From positions 1 through 64,000 of the forward strand of contig BK006934.2 in assembly GCA_000146045.2 (NCBI GenBank): 64,000 nucleotides of DNA, in the 5' to 3' direction. This DNA comes from TPA_inf: Saccharomyces (taxonomy: Eukaryota). The position numbers were made by a program, and so were the translations under genes. The notes below the pieces were generated by a model. That model searched no databases. It was not told the origin of the DNA and was given only the letters and a program-made list of their open reading frames with translations. The stretch's first letter is position 1; the number at the start of each line of letters is the position of its first letter. Positions 43,001-54,850 of this stretch are shown piece by piece.

Positions 43001-45690
43001 TGTTATCATATATTCAGTACTTAGGTCATTTGCCAGAAGTAAGTTCCAAATGTAATGATATTCACTTGAGATTTATGAGATTTTTGGCAGACAGAGATGA
43101 ATTTATACAGGATTCCGCCGCTAGAGGGCTTTCTTTGGTTTACGAAATTGGTGGTTCTGATTTAAAAGAAAGTATGGTCAAAGGGCTACTTAAATCATTT
43201 ACAGAATCAACCGCAGGGTCTGCATCTACAAGTGCTACTGGCATCTCAGGTTCAGTCTCCGAAGAGACCGAGTTATTTGAGCCAGGAGTTTTAAACACTG
43301 GAGATGGGTCCATTAGCACTTACAAAGATATTTTGAATTTGGCATCTGAAGTTGGGGACCCCGCACTTGTTTACAAATTTATGTCTCTTGCCAAAAGTTC
43401 TGCGCTATGGTCATCTAGGAAAGGTATCGCATTCGGTCTTGGCGCCATTATGTCTAAATCTTCTTTAGAAGAATTATTACTAAAGGATCAGCAAACTGCC
43501 AAGAAATTAATTCCAAAATTGTATAGATACAGATTTGATCCATTTCAAGCAGTATCACGCTCGATGACAGACATCTGGAATACTTTAATTCCAGAATCCT
43601 CTTTGACGATTTCCCTCTATTTCAATGATATTCTTGATGAGCTTTTATGTGGCATGGCTAATAAAGAATGGAGGGTCAGGGAGGCCAGTACTTCAGCTTT
43701 ATTACAATTGATTCAATCTCAACCGCAAGAGAAATTTTCCGAAAAAATGCTGAAAATTTGGACAATGGCATTCAGAACGATGGATGATATAAAAGATAGT
43801 GTCCGTGAAGTTGGTACCAAGTTCACCACTGTATTGGCCAAAATTTTGGCAAGATCTATTGATGTGGAAAAAGGTGTGAACCCTACCAAGTCTAAGGAAA
43901 TACTAGACAATATTTTGCCATTTTTATGGGGTCCACATGGTCTGAACAGTGATGCAGAAGAGGTTAGAAATTTTGCGCTCACAACTTTGATTGACTTGGT
44001 GAAACACTCCCCTGGAGCCATCAAACCGTTCACTCCAAAATTAATTTACGATTTTATCACATTGTTTTCTTCCATTGAACCTCAGGTGATTAACTATTTG
44101 GCATTAAATGCTGCAAATTATAACATTGATGCTAACGTCATTGATACGCAAAGGAAAAATGGTGTCACAAATTCACCTCTATTCCAGACCATCGAAAAAT
44201 TAATTAACAATTCAGATGATTGTATGATGGAAGAAATAATTAATGTGGTTATTAAAGCTAGCAGAAAATCAGTCGGATTGCCATCTAAGGTCGCATCCTC
44301 ACTTGTCATAATTATCTTAGTGAAACGGTACTCTATCGAAATGAAACCCTATTCTGGAAAGTTGTTGAAAGTCTGCTTGACTATGTTTGAAGATAGAAAT
44401 GAGTCGGTTAATATAGCATTTGCAATTTCAATGGGATATTTATTCAAGGTTTCAGCGTTGGATAAGTGTATTAAATACTCTGAAAAACTAATAACGAAAT
44501 ATTTTGAGCCTACCTCAACAGAAAATAACAAGAAAGTTGTTGGTACAGCGATCGACTCGATTTTGAATTATGCGAAGTCAGAATTCGATAATGTGGCAAG
44601 TGTATTTATGCCTTTGATTTTCATAGCATGCAATGATGAAGATAAAGATTTGGAAACCTTATATAATAAAATCTGGACGGAAGCTTCCAGCTCTGGCGCC
44701 GGTACGGTTAAATTATACCTGCCAGAAATTTTAAACGTACTTTGTGTGAATATAAAGTCAAATGATTTCTCTATTCGAAAAACATGTGCTAAATCAGTCA
44801 TACAGTTGTGTGGCGGTATTAATGATAGTATTCCTTATCCACAAATTGTTAAGTTATTTGATATATCGAGGGAGGCATTAAGTGGTAGATCATGGGATGG
44901 TAAAGAGCATATAGTGGCAGCATTGGTTTCATTAACAGAAAAATTTTCTCAAACTGTGGCCGACAATAATGATCTACAAGAATCAATTAATCATGTAATG
45001 TACACTGAAGTTTCGAGAAAAAGTATGAAATATGTTAAGAAGATACTACCGCTTTACGCGAGATATATCAATGTGAATCCACAAGAAGAGACGATCACCT
45101 TCTTAATTGAAAAAGCCAAAGAAATGATTCGATTGTTGGGCAGCGAATCTGATGATAGTGAAGGTTCCATTAAGCAGACTTCCGATGAATCCACAATAAA
45201 AAGAATTAAGCCTAACACTGAAATTACACAAAAGTCATCCAAAGAGAACATTGAGAACGAAGAGTATGTGATCAACTTGTTAAAAGTTAGTGTTGACATA
45301 TGCAACAATTCTAAATCGAGGTATCCGATGAATTTATTGGAGTTCATTATAGATGAGATTGCATACCTTTTCCATAATGACAGAATTATACACACATGGA
45401 GAACGCAACTAGCTGCTAGTGAAATTGGTATCTCGATAGTTGGAAGATTTAGTACCATAAGTAGCGCTGACTTTATCCAAAATGTGGGGAGACTATGGGA
45501 TCAAACTTTTCCAATAAATTGTAACAAGGAAACCATTGAGAATGTGAAATTGCAGATGATAAAGTTCGGTGGCCTGATCATTCAGAAGATTCCAAGCTTG
45601 CAGAACAATATCGAGGAAAACTTACGGTTGTTGAACAGTATTGATTCAACGAGCAGAATTGAGTTGGAATTGAAAAATATTGGTCTATGA
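40084..45690 (+). CDS. ECM29: Proteasome-associated HEAT-repeat scaffold protein, 1868 aa
   Basis: 1868-aa helical-repeat ORF. Size and position match ECM29. Confidence 0.85.
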   Translation: MSISSDEAKEKQLVEKAELRLAIADSPQKFETNLQTFLPPLLLKLASPHASVRTAVFSALKNLISRINTLPQVQLPVRALIVQAKEPNLAAQQDSTNVRLYSLLLASKGIDRLSLQDRQQLLPLVVSNISCLTGTVAARMFHILLKLILEWVAPQESSHEQEEFVQFLQLDNDGFSFLMRQFTRFFLLVPSKQVQVSQQPLSRGYTCPGLSLTDVAFFTYDAGVTFNKEQLNKFKKAIFQFVCRGMAATQTIEQSPRMIELMEFLCVVSTDSTNLSDDAAQFMKRFPMPYENEEFITFLQTLYIGNTANGRPPVKAILQEKILSILNRSHFATTKAECISLICSIGLHSSEYKLRSLTLSFIRHVAKLNYKNLNPASSSPSSTDFSTCIVSLIRNNLHAEGWPKLQLGPQTPAFNTAILQRQLQYETLGDILKRDFELVSDLSYIEFLFESLKNDLPQFRSSIQESLLSLVGHLSILPQQSKLKLKNLLRKNLSIDEQQREDNNDAVNSIMALKFVSIKFTNAAFPFHDPEARLFNIWGTVRTNRFDIIEESFKGLQPFWFRVNNASINTSATVKTSDLLGSHLSETEFPPFREFLQVLIDQLDSEAASITRKSLNNAVRFSKQCLISNAIYGKKTMVIQDEDWSVRIDKALELDDTVVSRVNEMVQGMNDDIFIRYLTLLSNEFTATNSKGEQIAIFPYQDPIFGSVLLTLLNFVSNNVLRRLEILVPDLYHLVIMKFQSLSDNDLAVCATIIGIISTAIADSTHVKRITKIAQSQTMAETYVASYVVPRLYLKDQTNHIESDSILNLLNILTTHLSHPGTNKDMILKLVCQVTKFGLLLQVSAQERKDFLKKVMDTIQDKLINDVTAIQTWSYLSLYSTDLENSSLFQEKLLETNVSKQNDFLFSVGESLSVVAGKWSSKYLIKQIDIPNFNVEIMQQKFPATNVTTILDEIFSGCDSTKPSLRKASCIWLLSYIQYLGHLPEVSSKCNDIHLRFMRFLADRDEFIQDSAARGLSLVYEIGGSDLKESMVKGLLKSFTESTAGSASTSATGISGSVSEETELFEPGVLNTGDGSISTYKDILNLASEVGDPALVYKFMSLAKSSALWSSRKGIAFGLGAIMSKSSLEELLLKDQQTAKKLIPKLYRYRFDPFQAVSRSMTDIWNTLIPESSLTISLYFNDILDELLCGMANKEWRVREASTSALLQLIQSQPQEKFSEKMLKIWTMAFRTMDDIKDSVREVGTKFTTVLAKILARSIDVEKGVNPTKSKEILDNILPFLWGPHGLNSDAEEVRNFALTTLIDLVKHSPGAIKPFTPKLIYDFITLFSSIEPQVINYLALNAANYNIDANVIDTQRKNGVTNSPLFQTIEKLINNSDDCMMEEIINVVIKASRKSVGLPSKVASSLVIIILVKRYSIEMKPYSGKLLKVCLTMFEDRNESVNIAFAISMGYLFKVSALDKCIKYSEKLITKYFEPTSTENNKKVVGTAIDSILNYAKSEFDNVASVFMPLIFIACNDEDKDLETLYNKIWTEASSSGAGTVKLYLPEILNVLCVNIKSNDFSIRKTCAKSVIQLCGGINDSIPYPQIVKLFDISREALSGRSWDGKEHIVAALVSLTEKFSQTVADNNDLQESINHVMYTEVSRKSMKYVKKILPLYARYINVNPQEETITFLIEKAKEMIRLLGSESDDSEGSIKQTSDESTIKRIKPNTEITQKSSKENIENEEYVINLLKVSVDICNNSKSRYPMNLLEFIIDEIAYLFHNDRIIHTWRTQLAASEIGISIVGRFSTISSADFIQNVGRLWDQTFPINCNKETIENVKLQMIKFGGLIIQKIPSLQNNIEENLRLLNSIDSTSRIELELKNIGL

Positions 45691-45928
45691 ACTCCGAAAC
45701 TTTTTCATATTGATAAATAGAACAGTTAATAAAACTTATCTAGAAAGACGTTTGTTTATAAAATAATGTATAGTATCGGTACTAAATATTAACTTTTCCG
45801 AAAAATCAAAACATCAAAGTATTCAAAAAGTGCTTGAAGAATATTGATTAGAGATAAAAATTCGTATGCAAGGTGTTAAAAATTGTGTAGAAGTAGTATA
45901 TAATTCTAAAGGAAATAATTTCAACTTT

Positions 45929-47968
45929 TCAAAGAGAGCTTTCCTCTAACTCTCTCCATAGCCATTTCCTCCAAATATCCCCAGCCATATTTAAAAGATC
46001 ATCAAAACAATGGGAAGCCTTAGCATCATTACCGACTTCGATTAACATGTGATAATTCGAGATATGGGCACTCGAATTGGAACTGGATTGTAATGACGCC
46101 ATTGTAGAAGTAGTCGGTGAAGAAGGCAAACTGGTTATGCTAGATTCTGTATTCTCGTATAACTTCCTATAGGAAGAGTCATCAAATTTTGTTAGCAGAG
46201 GAACGTTATTAAGAAACTCAGAAATTTCCGCTTCTTCAAATTCTAATAGCTTAAATTCGTTAAACTGCAAAATCGCGATGAAAATGAAAATCAATTGCAT
46301 ATGAGGATCAATGGAAGAAAACGGTAGTTTCAATTCTGACTTATCATTTGAATCACTACCAGGAGATGGTACTGTGTTGTCCTTTTGAGCTTTGCTTTGA
46401 GTACCTCCGTATCTATTCCTTAAAATTAATTCTTTGAAGACACTATAATCATAGGGAAATTTTTTCGAACCTAGTGCCATGCTATCCAGATCGGGGAACC
46501 AAAACGGATCATTATTGTACAAAGCGATCCAATCTTTCATCCAGTACTGCTCGTTGTCACATTGTGGTGTATCGTGATAGAGGTGATCCATTTTCTTATC
46601 GTTATAGTTCAAAAAGAAATTTATCGTGTCCATGTTTGGTTTGGGCCTCCAACCGAGCAGCAAATCCCATACACGCCCTCTATCTTGTCTTTGTAAAGCT
46701 TTAGCTCCAGAGCATTTCAACCACCAATATATCCAGGAGTTTCTTGACGACGAAGGTTGTAAGGAAGATTCCTCTGTCAAAGGTTGGTACAGCTCTGGCA
46801 AAATTGAAGAGAATACCTTGAAAAAAACTTGGGTCTGAAATGAAAGATCGCCACCAGATATAATAGGGAAATAATTTGTGTTGAAGTTTGAGTTTGCCTT
46901 TGAGCTGGAAGATGCGTTCGAGTCATTTTTCAATTGTTTGTGTGCCAGTATGGTATCAGGGCAATGTAGAATGACAAGAGCTAGTCTTTCGAAAAGGGCA
47001 CTAAATGAGAAAATTGGTTTTGTAGGCAATTTTGATCGCAGCTCAAAGGGTAACGGATATTCCTTATAAAGATATGATAACGTGTGAGAAATGTACGGAG
47101 AATTGTGCAAGCTGGTATTTGTGTTGATGCTCAAGTTGTGCATGCCCGATGTTATATTCGTGTTATTGTTGTTGGTGTTGTTGCTAGAGGAGTTGCTATT
47201 TCCGTTATTGCCGTTGTTAGTGCTTAGAAGAGCGTGCTTTCTTCCGCTCAGAACTACATAATCCTCCACTTCGTAAAATGAATGAGTCTCGTTGAAAGGA
47301 GACATGGTTTCGTAGGGATAGATGGGATACCATTCAGCCAATCCCAGAGCAATCCAGGCAAGACCGCTTTCGTACTTGAAGATTTTTGACCACTTCAGCA
47401 GAAATTTCACGATGGCATTTTTCAAAGTCTCGATGATCTGGAACTCATAGTCTAATGAGGGAGACAGTACCTCCATAGAAGAAATAGTGGAAGCGTCGGA
47501 CGACGAAACAGGTGTCGGGGTGGCGATATTGGTGGTGTTAGCATTACTCGATGAGCCAGCAGGATTAGACCTGGAGTGGAAGTATTTTTTCAAATCATGC
47601 AGGATAATGGATTCGATATCGTACGGGAGAATATTTTCATCGTCGCTCTTGTCTTGCTTATCGGTTGGAGCCTTACTTTTCAGAAAAGGGTCATTAAGTA
47701 TGAAATCATTGGTTATTGGGTCCCAAGAAATGGTATTGGAGGTAATGTTTGGTGAAATGCACATTGGGTGGTACTTCAGCAGGATCGGCCACACGACGTG
47801 TCGCAACTGTGGTGGAACCCCGTATGTTCTTGCTAAAAAGGCCAATGAGTCATGGTCATTGCACTTTACTAGATGGATAGTCGTTTCGATAAGGTTCTTG
47901 TTGCGAAACTGCTGTTTTAGATTTTTCAAGTAGTGGGAATTCGCCATGGGCGACTTCTTGTCGTGCAT
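45929..47968 (-). CDS. OCA5: Cytoplasmic protein with an Asn/Ser-rich low-complexity segment (OCA family), 679 aa
   Basis: 679-aa ORF. Position and length match OCA5. [21 protein letters not shown] low-complexity region. Confidence 0.75.
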
Positions 47969-48215
47969 ATTTGCTAGCGAGCCCTTTACCCTGTAACGTC
48001 TCTAAGAAATTTCGAATAGTGATCTACAGGTACGTCTGAGCTATTATCAATTTCTACCAGGAATTTGAAGCTCCCACAGAATAGCTTCCAAGAAACCTGA
48101 AAAAAAAAAAAAATGAAAAATATGTATCATTCCTCACGAATGAGTCCATTGCTTTCCCGTCTCAAATGATTGAGAATATATCGTATGATAACGTAAGAGT
48201 ATTCAGTATCAACGG

Positions 48216-48268
48216 CAACAACAACAACAACAACAACAACAACAGCACAACAACAGCACAACAACATC
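48216..48268. repeat. (CAA)9 microsatellite followed by CAGCACAACAA units in the OCA5/WSC4 divergent intergenic region
   Basis: caacaacaacaacaacaacaacaacaacagcacaacaacagcacaacaacatc is seen directly. It lies outside both long ORFs. Confidence 0.8.
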
Positions 48269-48762
48269 GAACGGTTGCTACTGCGACGTTACGGATTATA
48301 TCCACAGTATATGGCGTGCAGCGATAAGGCTCGAGACACCGTTCTGTACGGACCTGACGTTGACTGTGAGACACAGACGGGGCCGCGGGAACCCTTAATG
48401 TGGTTCCCGGAACGGAATGAGTACGGTGAAAAAGGGAATCAGGAGGCACGGTACCTGCATATTGCGCCTTTTTTGGTTTCCCCTTCGGGCAGCAAGTGTT
48501 TACTGTAGGATAATGGTACTATTACGGTATTTCCACTTTGGGCGACGTTAAGATACGGGCATGAATTAAGGTAAGCAAATCCTTTTGTTGCAAACAGCAA
48601 GGTCGTTATGTGTAAATATATATATATATGCGTTCTGTGCTAGTGTGATTTGCCCTGCTTCAGGGGCGGGTGCAGTAGGGAGCTCATGACAGCAAGTACA
48701 TTTTGTTTATTTTTTAAAAGGAAAGAAAGGCTAGATACCTCGAATTACAAAACCAAAAACGC

Positions 48763-50580
48763 ATGCAGACGTCAATGGTGAGCGCAAAAGTTAGTATATG
48801 GCTAGTATGTAGCGTTATATGCAGTAGCCTGGTACGGGCTACGCAATCTGTGTGTTCGTCGCAAAACACAGCGACCACTGACGGTGTACGAAATCAATTT
48901 CAGAGTAATGGTTGGTGTTCAAATAACTGTGCTGGTCATCAGTTTGCCATCGTACAGGGGTTCATGTGCTGGTGCAGTGATTCGGAACCGAGCACTCAGA
49001 CATCGGTGGGAGACTGCAGTGGCACTTGTCCCGGTTATGGCTACGAAGATTGTGGTAATGCGGATAAGGATCTTTTTGGTTATATATATCTGGGGCAAAC
49101 CCCGCTAAGTTCTGTACAGAGTGTGGAAACGTCAACAGAGTCCAGTGTGTACGTTTCAAGTAGCTCTATCACGAGTAGTAGTAGTACGAGTATTGTGGAC
49201 ACAACCACAATCTCGCCGACTCTGACGTCAACGAGTACGACCCCATTGACAACCGCCTCAACCAGTACAACACCATCAACTGATATAACATCGGCACTGC
49301 CCACGACTACAAGCACAAAGTTGTCAACATCCATTCCCACAAGCACGACATCGTCAACCTCTACCACCACAAGTACCTCATCGTCGACTTCTACGACCGT
49401 AAGTGTCACATCATCAACATCTACCACCACAAGTACTACGTCGTCAACCCTCATTTCCACGAGCACATCATCATCATCATCATCAACTCCAACCACAACA
49501 TCGTCAGCCCCCATTTCTACAAGCACGACGTCGTCAACTTCCACTTCAACAAGTACAACATCGCCAACTTCTTCTTCAGCACCTACAAGCTCGTCTAATA
49601 CAACACCAACGAGCACAACGTTCACTACGACATCACCCAGTACAGCCCCTTCAAGCACTACGGTTACTTACACCAGTACCACAGCATCTCCAATAACGTC
49701 CACTATAACTTCTGTAAACCTGCAGACCTCCTTAAAGTATTCTGTGATAACAGTGACTTCAGTGCACACCATGGACACTAACATTTCGGAAATCACCTCG
49801 AGATATCTCACCATGAAAAAAGTAATAACGCAGATTTACTCTTCCACCCTCGGGGCTACTCCTACTTCTGCAGTGGCTACTACGTCTGCCAGCGTAGGTG
49901 GTAGAATAACAAACAATAACAATAGTAACACCACCAACAGCAATACACCAACTAACAAGTCTACAGAAAAGAAAGGGTACTGGGATTCGCCCGGGAAAAT
50001 AGCCGCTACTTTCGTCGTGGTTGGAGTGGTATGTTTGGTAATTATATGCATACTAATATACTTAATACATCATTATAGAACAAGACCCGCTCGGAAGGCT
50101 CAAGATTTTGAGAATGAATATCAGAGTAAGTTTTACCAGTCCAAGTACCCAAATGAAGTTACCACTACCACGTTACACACGCCTTCACCATCTTCAAATT
50201 CAACTTTCTCGACCCCAAGATTAATATACACTGATGAAAAGGGACAAATTATGTCTGAATCACCATCCCCACGTCAATCTACGTATTCCTTGACTGCAGG
50301 CAGTCCACCAAATGACCCAAGCACGTTGGCAAGCCCATTTCACGATCCCATTCTTCCCAGAAGAACTTCTACTTTTCTTCATTCGCCCATTCAAAAGCAA
50401 CACGAAAAAATGGAATCAAACGTTACTCTAGGTGAAGACACGGTACTGGTGGATCAGAGGCTAGACCCAAGTAAGATGCTTAACACTTTAGCAAATGACG
50501 ATGCCACAAACCACTCTACCATTTCGTTATCAGACAACGTAGACTACTCCAGGAGGGTTCTGCGGCTAATGAACGAATAA
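48763..50580 (+). CDS. WSC4: Cell-wall integrity sensor (WSC family): signal peptide, Cys-rich WSC domain, long Ser/Thr-rich O-mannosylated stalk, single TM, cytoplasmic tail; 605 aa
   Basis: N-terminal hydrophobic signal. WSC Cys motif (GWCSNNCAGHQFAIVQGFMCWCSD). S/T stalk of about 200 aa. TM helix IAATFVVVGVVCLVIICILIYLI. Confidence 0.9.
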   Translation: MQTSMVSAKVSIWLVCSVICSSLVRATQSVCSSQNTATTDGVRNQFQSNGWCSNNCAGHQFAIVQGFMCWCSDSEPSTQTSVGDCSGTCPGYGYEDCGNADKDLFGYIYLGQTPLSSVQSVETSTESSVYVSSSSITSSSSTSIVDTTTISPTLTSTSTTPLTTASTSTTPSTDITSALPTTTSTKLSTSIPTSTTSSTSTTTSTSSSTSTTVSVTSSTSTTTSTTSSTLISTSTSSSSSSTPTTTSSAPISTSTTSSTSTSTSTTSPTSSSAPTSSSNTTPTSTTFTTTSPSTAPSSTTVTYTSTTASPITSTITSVNLQTSLKYSVITVTSVHTMDTNISEITSRYLTMKKVITQIYSSTLGATPTSAVATTSASVGGRITNNNNSNTTNSNTPTNKSTEKKGYWDSPGKIAATFVVVGVVCLVIICILIYLIHHYRTRPARKAQDFENEYQSKFYQSKYPNEVTTTTLHTPSPSSNSTFSTPRLIYTDEKGQIMSESPSPRQSTYSLTAGSPPNDPSTLASPFHDPILPRRTSTFLHSPIQKQHEKMESNVTLGEDTVLVDQRLDPSKMLNTLANDDATNHSTISLSDNVDYSRRVLRLMNE

Positions 50581-51110
50581 AGACTGCAGCTCTTATACGT
50601 AATAAATATTCCACGAACGATAATACATACATAATTTTAATTCTGAACTTTGTTTTTTTCCTTCGAATGTTCTCAAAAGAATGCTTTACGACAATAACGC
50701 TGTTATCTTGTACATACTTTTCTCTGCCCAGTGACAGCAGGCACAATAATCTAAATACCGCGTTCGTGCGAGACATTCTCTGTGATTCACAGATTACGGC
50801 GCAGAAAATAAAATAGCCGTCCAGCTCGGAGTTTCTAAAATTACGTCCGAGATGACGGAGGCTTATAAAATCATTTCAGACGGGTGAGGGATGCCAATCT
50901 ACGAGACAAAAGATAAAAAATTAAGACTCAATAATATAGAAAGGAACTAAATGTTTTCATAAGAGTCACCGTCTATAACCTTTTTTTTTTTTATTGGTCT
51001 GTTATCACTTCCACTGAGAAAGTAATATTGCTATTGCACAACACTTTTTGAACAAGTGCAAAGATAAAATACTGAAAACGGTAAAGTAGGTTTGTTTAAA
51101 TTGACTTAAG

Positions 51111-52988
51111 ATGGTGCCATTGGAAGATCTGCTTAATAAAGAAAATGGCACTGCCGCACCTCAACACAGCCGGGAGAGTATAGTAGAAAATGGGACAGAC
51201 GTTTCTAACGTCACAAAGAAGGACGGGCTGCCCAGTCCTAACCTATCTAAAAGGTCTTCTGATTGTTCGAAGAGGCCTAGAATTAGGTGTACCACGGAAG
51301 CTATTGGCTTGAACGGTCAAGAAGATGAACGGATGTCACCAGGCAGCACTTCTTCATCATGCTTACCATATCATAGTACTTCACACTTGAACACTCCTCC
51401 ATACGATCTATTGGGCGCTTCGGCAGTTTCACCCACCACATCATCTTCCTCTGACTCGTCCTCCTCCTCGCCATTGGCACAAGCGCATAACCCGGCAGGT
51501 GATGACGACGATGCGGATAATGACGGTGATTCTGAGGATATAACACTATATTGTAAATGGGACAACTGTGGTATGATTTTCAACCAACCAGAGCTGCTAT
51601 ATAATCATCTGTGTCATGACCATGTTGGCAGGAAGTCACATAAGAACCTACAATTGAATTGTCATTGGGGAGACTGTACCACGAAGACGGAGAAAAGGGA
51701 CCATATCACCTCGCATTTGAGAGTTCACGTACCATTGAAACCGTTCGGTTGCTCTACGTGCTCCAAAAAGTTTAAACGTCCGCAAGATTTAAAAAAGCAT
51801 TTGAAAATTCATCTGGAAAGTGGCGGTATTTTGAAAAGAAAGAGGGGACCCAAATGGGGCTCAAAAAGAACTTCTAAGAAAAACAAAAGTTGTGCAAGCG
51901 ACGCAGTGTCGTCTTGTTCTGCATCTGTGCCTTCCGCTATAGCTGGTAGCTTTAAGTCACATTCTACTTCTCCACAGATATTACCCCCATTGCCCGTGGG
52001 TATATCTCAACATCTGCCTTCACAACAGCAGCAGCGGGCTATTTCCTTAAACCAACTATGCTCAGACGAGCTATCTCAGTATAAGCCGGTATATTCTCCA
52101 CAATTGAGTGCCAGATTGCAAACGATCTTGCCGCCATTATACTACAATAACGGCAGCACGGTAAGCCAAGGTGCCAACAGTCGGAGCATGAATGTCTACG
52201 AGGACGGTTGTTCTAATAAGACCATAGCAAACGCCACCCAATTCTTCACCAAACTATCGAGAAATATGACAAATAACTACATTTTGCAACAAAGCGGTGG
52301 TAGTACTGAGTCCTCGTCATCATCTGGGCGCATCCCCGTAGCACAAACAAGCTATGTGCAGCCACCTAATGCTCCTTCATACCAATCCGTACAAGGTGGT
52401 AGCTCTATTTCGGCCACTGCAAATACAGCAACTTATGTGCCAGTACGGTTGGCCAAGTATCCAACTGGTCCTTCGCTTACTGAACATTTGCCACCTTTAC
52501 ATTCGAACACTGCCGGTGGTGTTTTCAACCGCCAATCACAGTATGCTATGCCACACTATCCATCTGTTCGTGCTGCGCCTAGCTATTCCTCCAGTGGCTG
52601 TTCTATATTACCGCCTCTACAATCAAAGATACCAATGTTACCATCGCGCCGTACAATGGCAGGTGGAACTTCATTGAAGCCTAACTGGGAATTTAGCCTG
52701 AACCAAAAAAGCTGTACTAATGATATTATCATGAGTAAGCTGGCGATTGAAGAAGTAGATGACGAAAGCGAGATAGAGGATGATTTCGTAGAGATGTTGG
52801 GTATAGTGAACATTATCAAGGACTACTTGTTGTGCTGTGTCATGGAAGATTTAGATGATGAAGAAAGTGAGGACAAAGATGAAGAAAACGCATTCTTGCA
52901 AGAATCTTTAGAAAAATTGAGTTTACAAAACCAAATGGGAACTAACTCAGTTCGCATCTTGACCAAGTATCCCAAAATTTTGGTATGA
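51111..52988 (+). CDS. RIM101: C2H2 zinc-finger transcription factor of the PacC/Rim101 alkaline-pH pathway, 625 aa
   Basis: Three tandem C2H2 fingers: [73 protein letters not shown]. Acidic C-terminal region. Confidence 0.9.
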
Positions 52989-53218
52989 TATGGATTGTCG
53001 GATATTTTATTCTTAGTTGTTTCTTTGCGGCTGTATAGTAAATGAATAAATCACACATGCCCTAGCGCGGCGTCGCGGATTAAACAAGGTAACAATGGTT
53101 AAAGGAAAAATTATTTGTTAAGGTGGGTATATTATAGATTGCTAATTGTAAAGTATTAATAGTTTATTAAGTATTAAACTAGAGTTCGCACATGCTTTTA
53201 TTTTTTTGTTGCTTTTCT

Positions 53219-54166
53219 TCACGCTACCGCTTCTTGAGACTGTTGTTTGGTAGTACTGATATCTTGATCGGTTGATCCCGAGCTGCGATTACCCGTGGAG
53301 CAAACTTCTTGATCCTGCTGTAGCGTACCGTTTGCTAAGCCTTCATAGTAAAGTTCCTCGTGAAACTGGTTTCTCAACACAATGACGATGATGGCCACTG
53401 GAGTGCATACAAAGGCAATTACAACGGCATAAATCAACTTCATGACCTGCGGTAGTGGATAATCGTTGAAGTAGTAGTCGTGGGACCCGACCTTATGGCC
53501 TATACCAGCAAGGATACCCATAGTGACTGGCCAAATGACAATGAACATGGCAATGGCTAGGATCATAGATCTGATGAATTTCTGCACAAACCATTCTATA
53601 AAGTTCATGAATTTGGACTGAGTAGAATCATGAATGAACTGAGATGTGAGAAAACCTTTCAACGTAGCTTCTTTACCTTTGGGAATGATTCCTCTATTGA
53701 CCTCTAAATAGCCAAAGAGCCAATTATGCTTATGATACAGAGTGTTCTGCTTCGCAACGACGTTGTCTTTGGATTCGAAGTAATCCACAATGAAACGCTT
53801 TTTAGGGGGTGGTATTTCTTCGTTAGATTCGGTTTTCAGTGGTGACGGTTTCGTAATCCATTTATTCAATCTGAAAACAGGCCTCTTGTAGTCATCGAAT
53901 CCAACTAAAATTTCCTCGCTAGCCCATGTAAGACCCACCTGGATGAATAAACTTAGTGCACAATCGCCTGAAATGGTGTGAGGAAATGCCCATAAGGTGA
54001 TAAGATCTACACGGGAATGGTACATGGCATATGCGATGGCAAACTCGATGCCGCCCGAGATTATTGCAGAACCTAGCGCTTGGATGACGAAAAGGTAGAA
54101 GATGATGAACCAGATGGAATTTCTGAACCCGGTCGGGGTCGCTGGCGCTGGCTCTGAGGATTTCAT
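53219..54166 (-). CDS. YHL026C: Integral membrane protein of unknown function, 315 aa
   Basis: 315-aa ORF with several hydrophobic helices and no recognisable domain. Confidence 0.7.
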   Translation of the reverse strand: MKSSEPAPATPTGFRNSIWFIIFYLFVIQALGSAIISGGIEFAIAYAMYHSRVDLITLWAFPHTISGDCALSLFIQVGLTWASEEILVGFDDYKRPVFRLNKWITKPSPLKTESNEEIPPPKKRFIVDYFESKDNVVAKQNTLYHKHNWLFGYLEVNRGIIPKGKEATLKGFLTSQFIHDSTQSKFMNFIEWFVQKFIRSMILAIAMFIVIWPVTMGILAGIGHKVGSHDYYFNDYPLPQVMKLIYAVVIAFVCTPVAIIVIVLRNQFHEELYYEGLANGTLQQDQEVCSTGNRSSGSTDQDISTTKQQSQEAVA

Positions 54167-54850
54167 ATATGTGAAGAGCGTCTATTTTCAAGGGTGTTGA
54201 TGCATATATATCCGTATATATGTGTGCCGGTGGAAGGTTATAACATCTTGAAGAAAGAAAGAGGAGAAATTGGTTTTAGATCAAGGACAGATAAACTATA
54301 TCTTTCAAAAGCCGATGCAAATCGTATACAGCAAATATCAATGAAGGAATGCGATGGAGGTGATGCTAGTGTGGACTGCACTATTTTTTTTTCCTGTTTT
54401 TTTCCACTTTTGTGTAGGAAGAGTATTGAATCAGGAAAGCGGGAAAAACCGCAAAGAAAAAAGTAAACTTATCCGTGAAAATCAATTACATTACCGAAAA
54501 TGGCAAGATCCAAACAAGAAAAGTAAGTAAACGAATGCGAATACTGGAACAAGCAGGGCATAAAGAGGCACATGCGTCGTTTGTAGCCGACGTGCTTCAT
54601 TTATCAGGTTAGTTGGCAGCGGCTGGACCATACAGGTTCTCACAATGTGTTGGTCTACGTTCGGTCATGCACCACGGTTGTTCCGTCAAACGGTCAGAAA
54701 ACACACGCGGAAAATCCAAAGGAAAAGATGGGAGAGAAAAAACATGAAGTTGAGAAGCAACGAAACAAGGTTTGATCCAGAAAGGGGAGGCTAAAGGCGA
54801 AAAAGGCGAAAGAAAAGCGTTTAAGAGAATTTTACAAACGTAGTAAAATA

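Noticed and set aside
49080-49658. 192-aa - strand ORF rich in VVLVEVEVDD repeats, antisense to WSC4
   Set aside because: Reverse-complement reading of the Ser/Thr codon repeats. Artefact of repeat periodicity.
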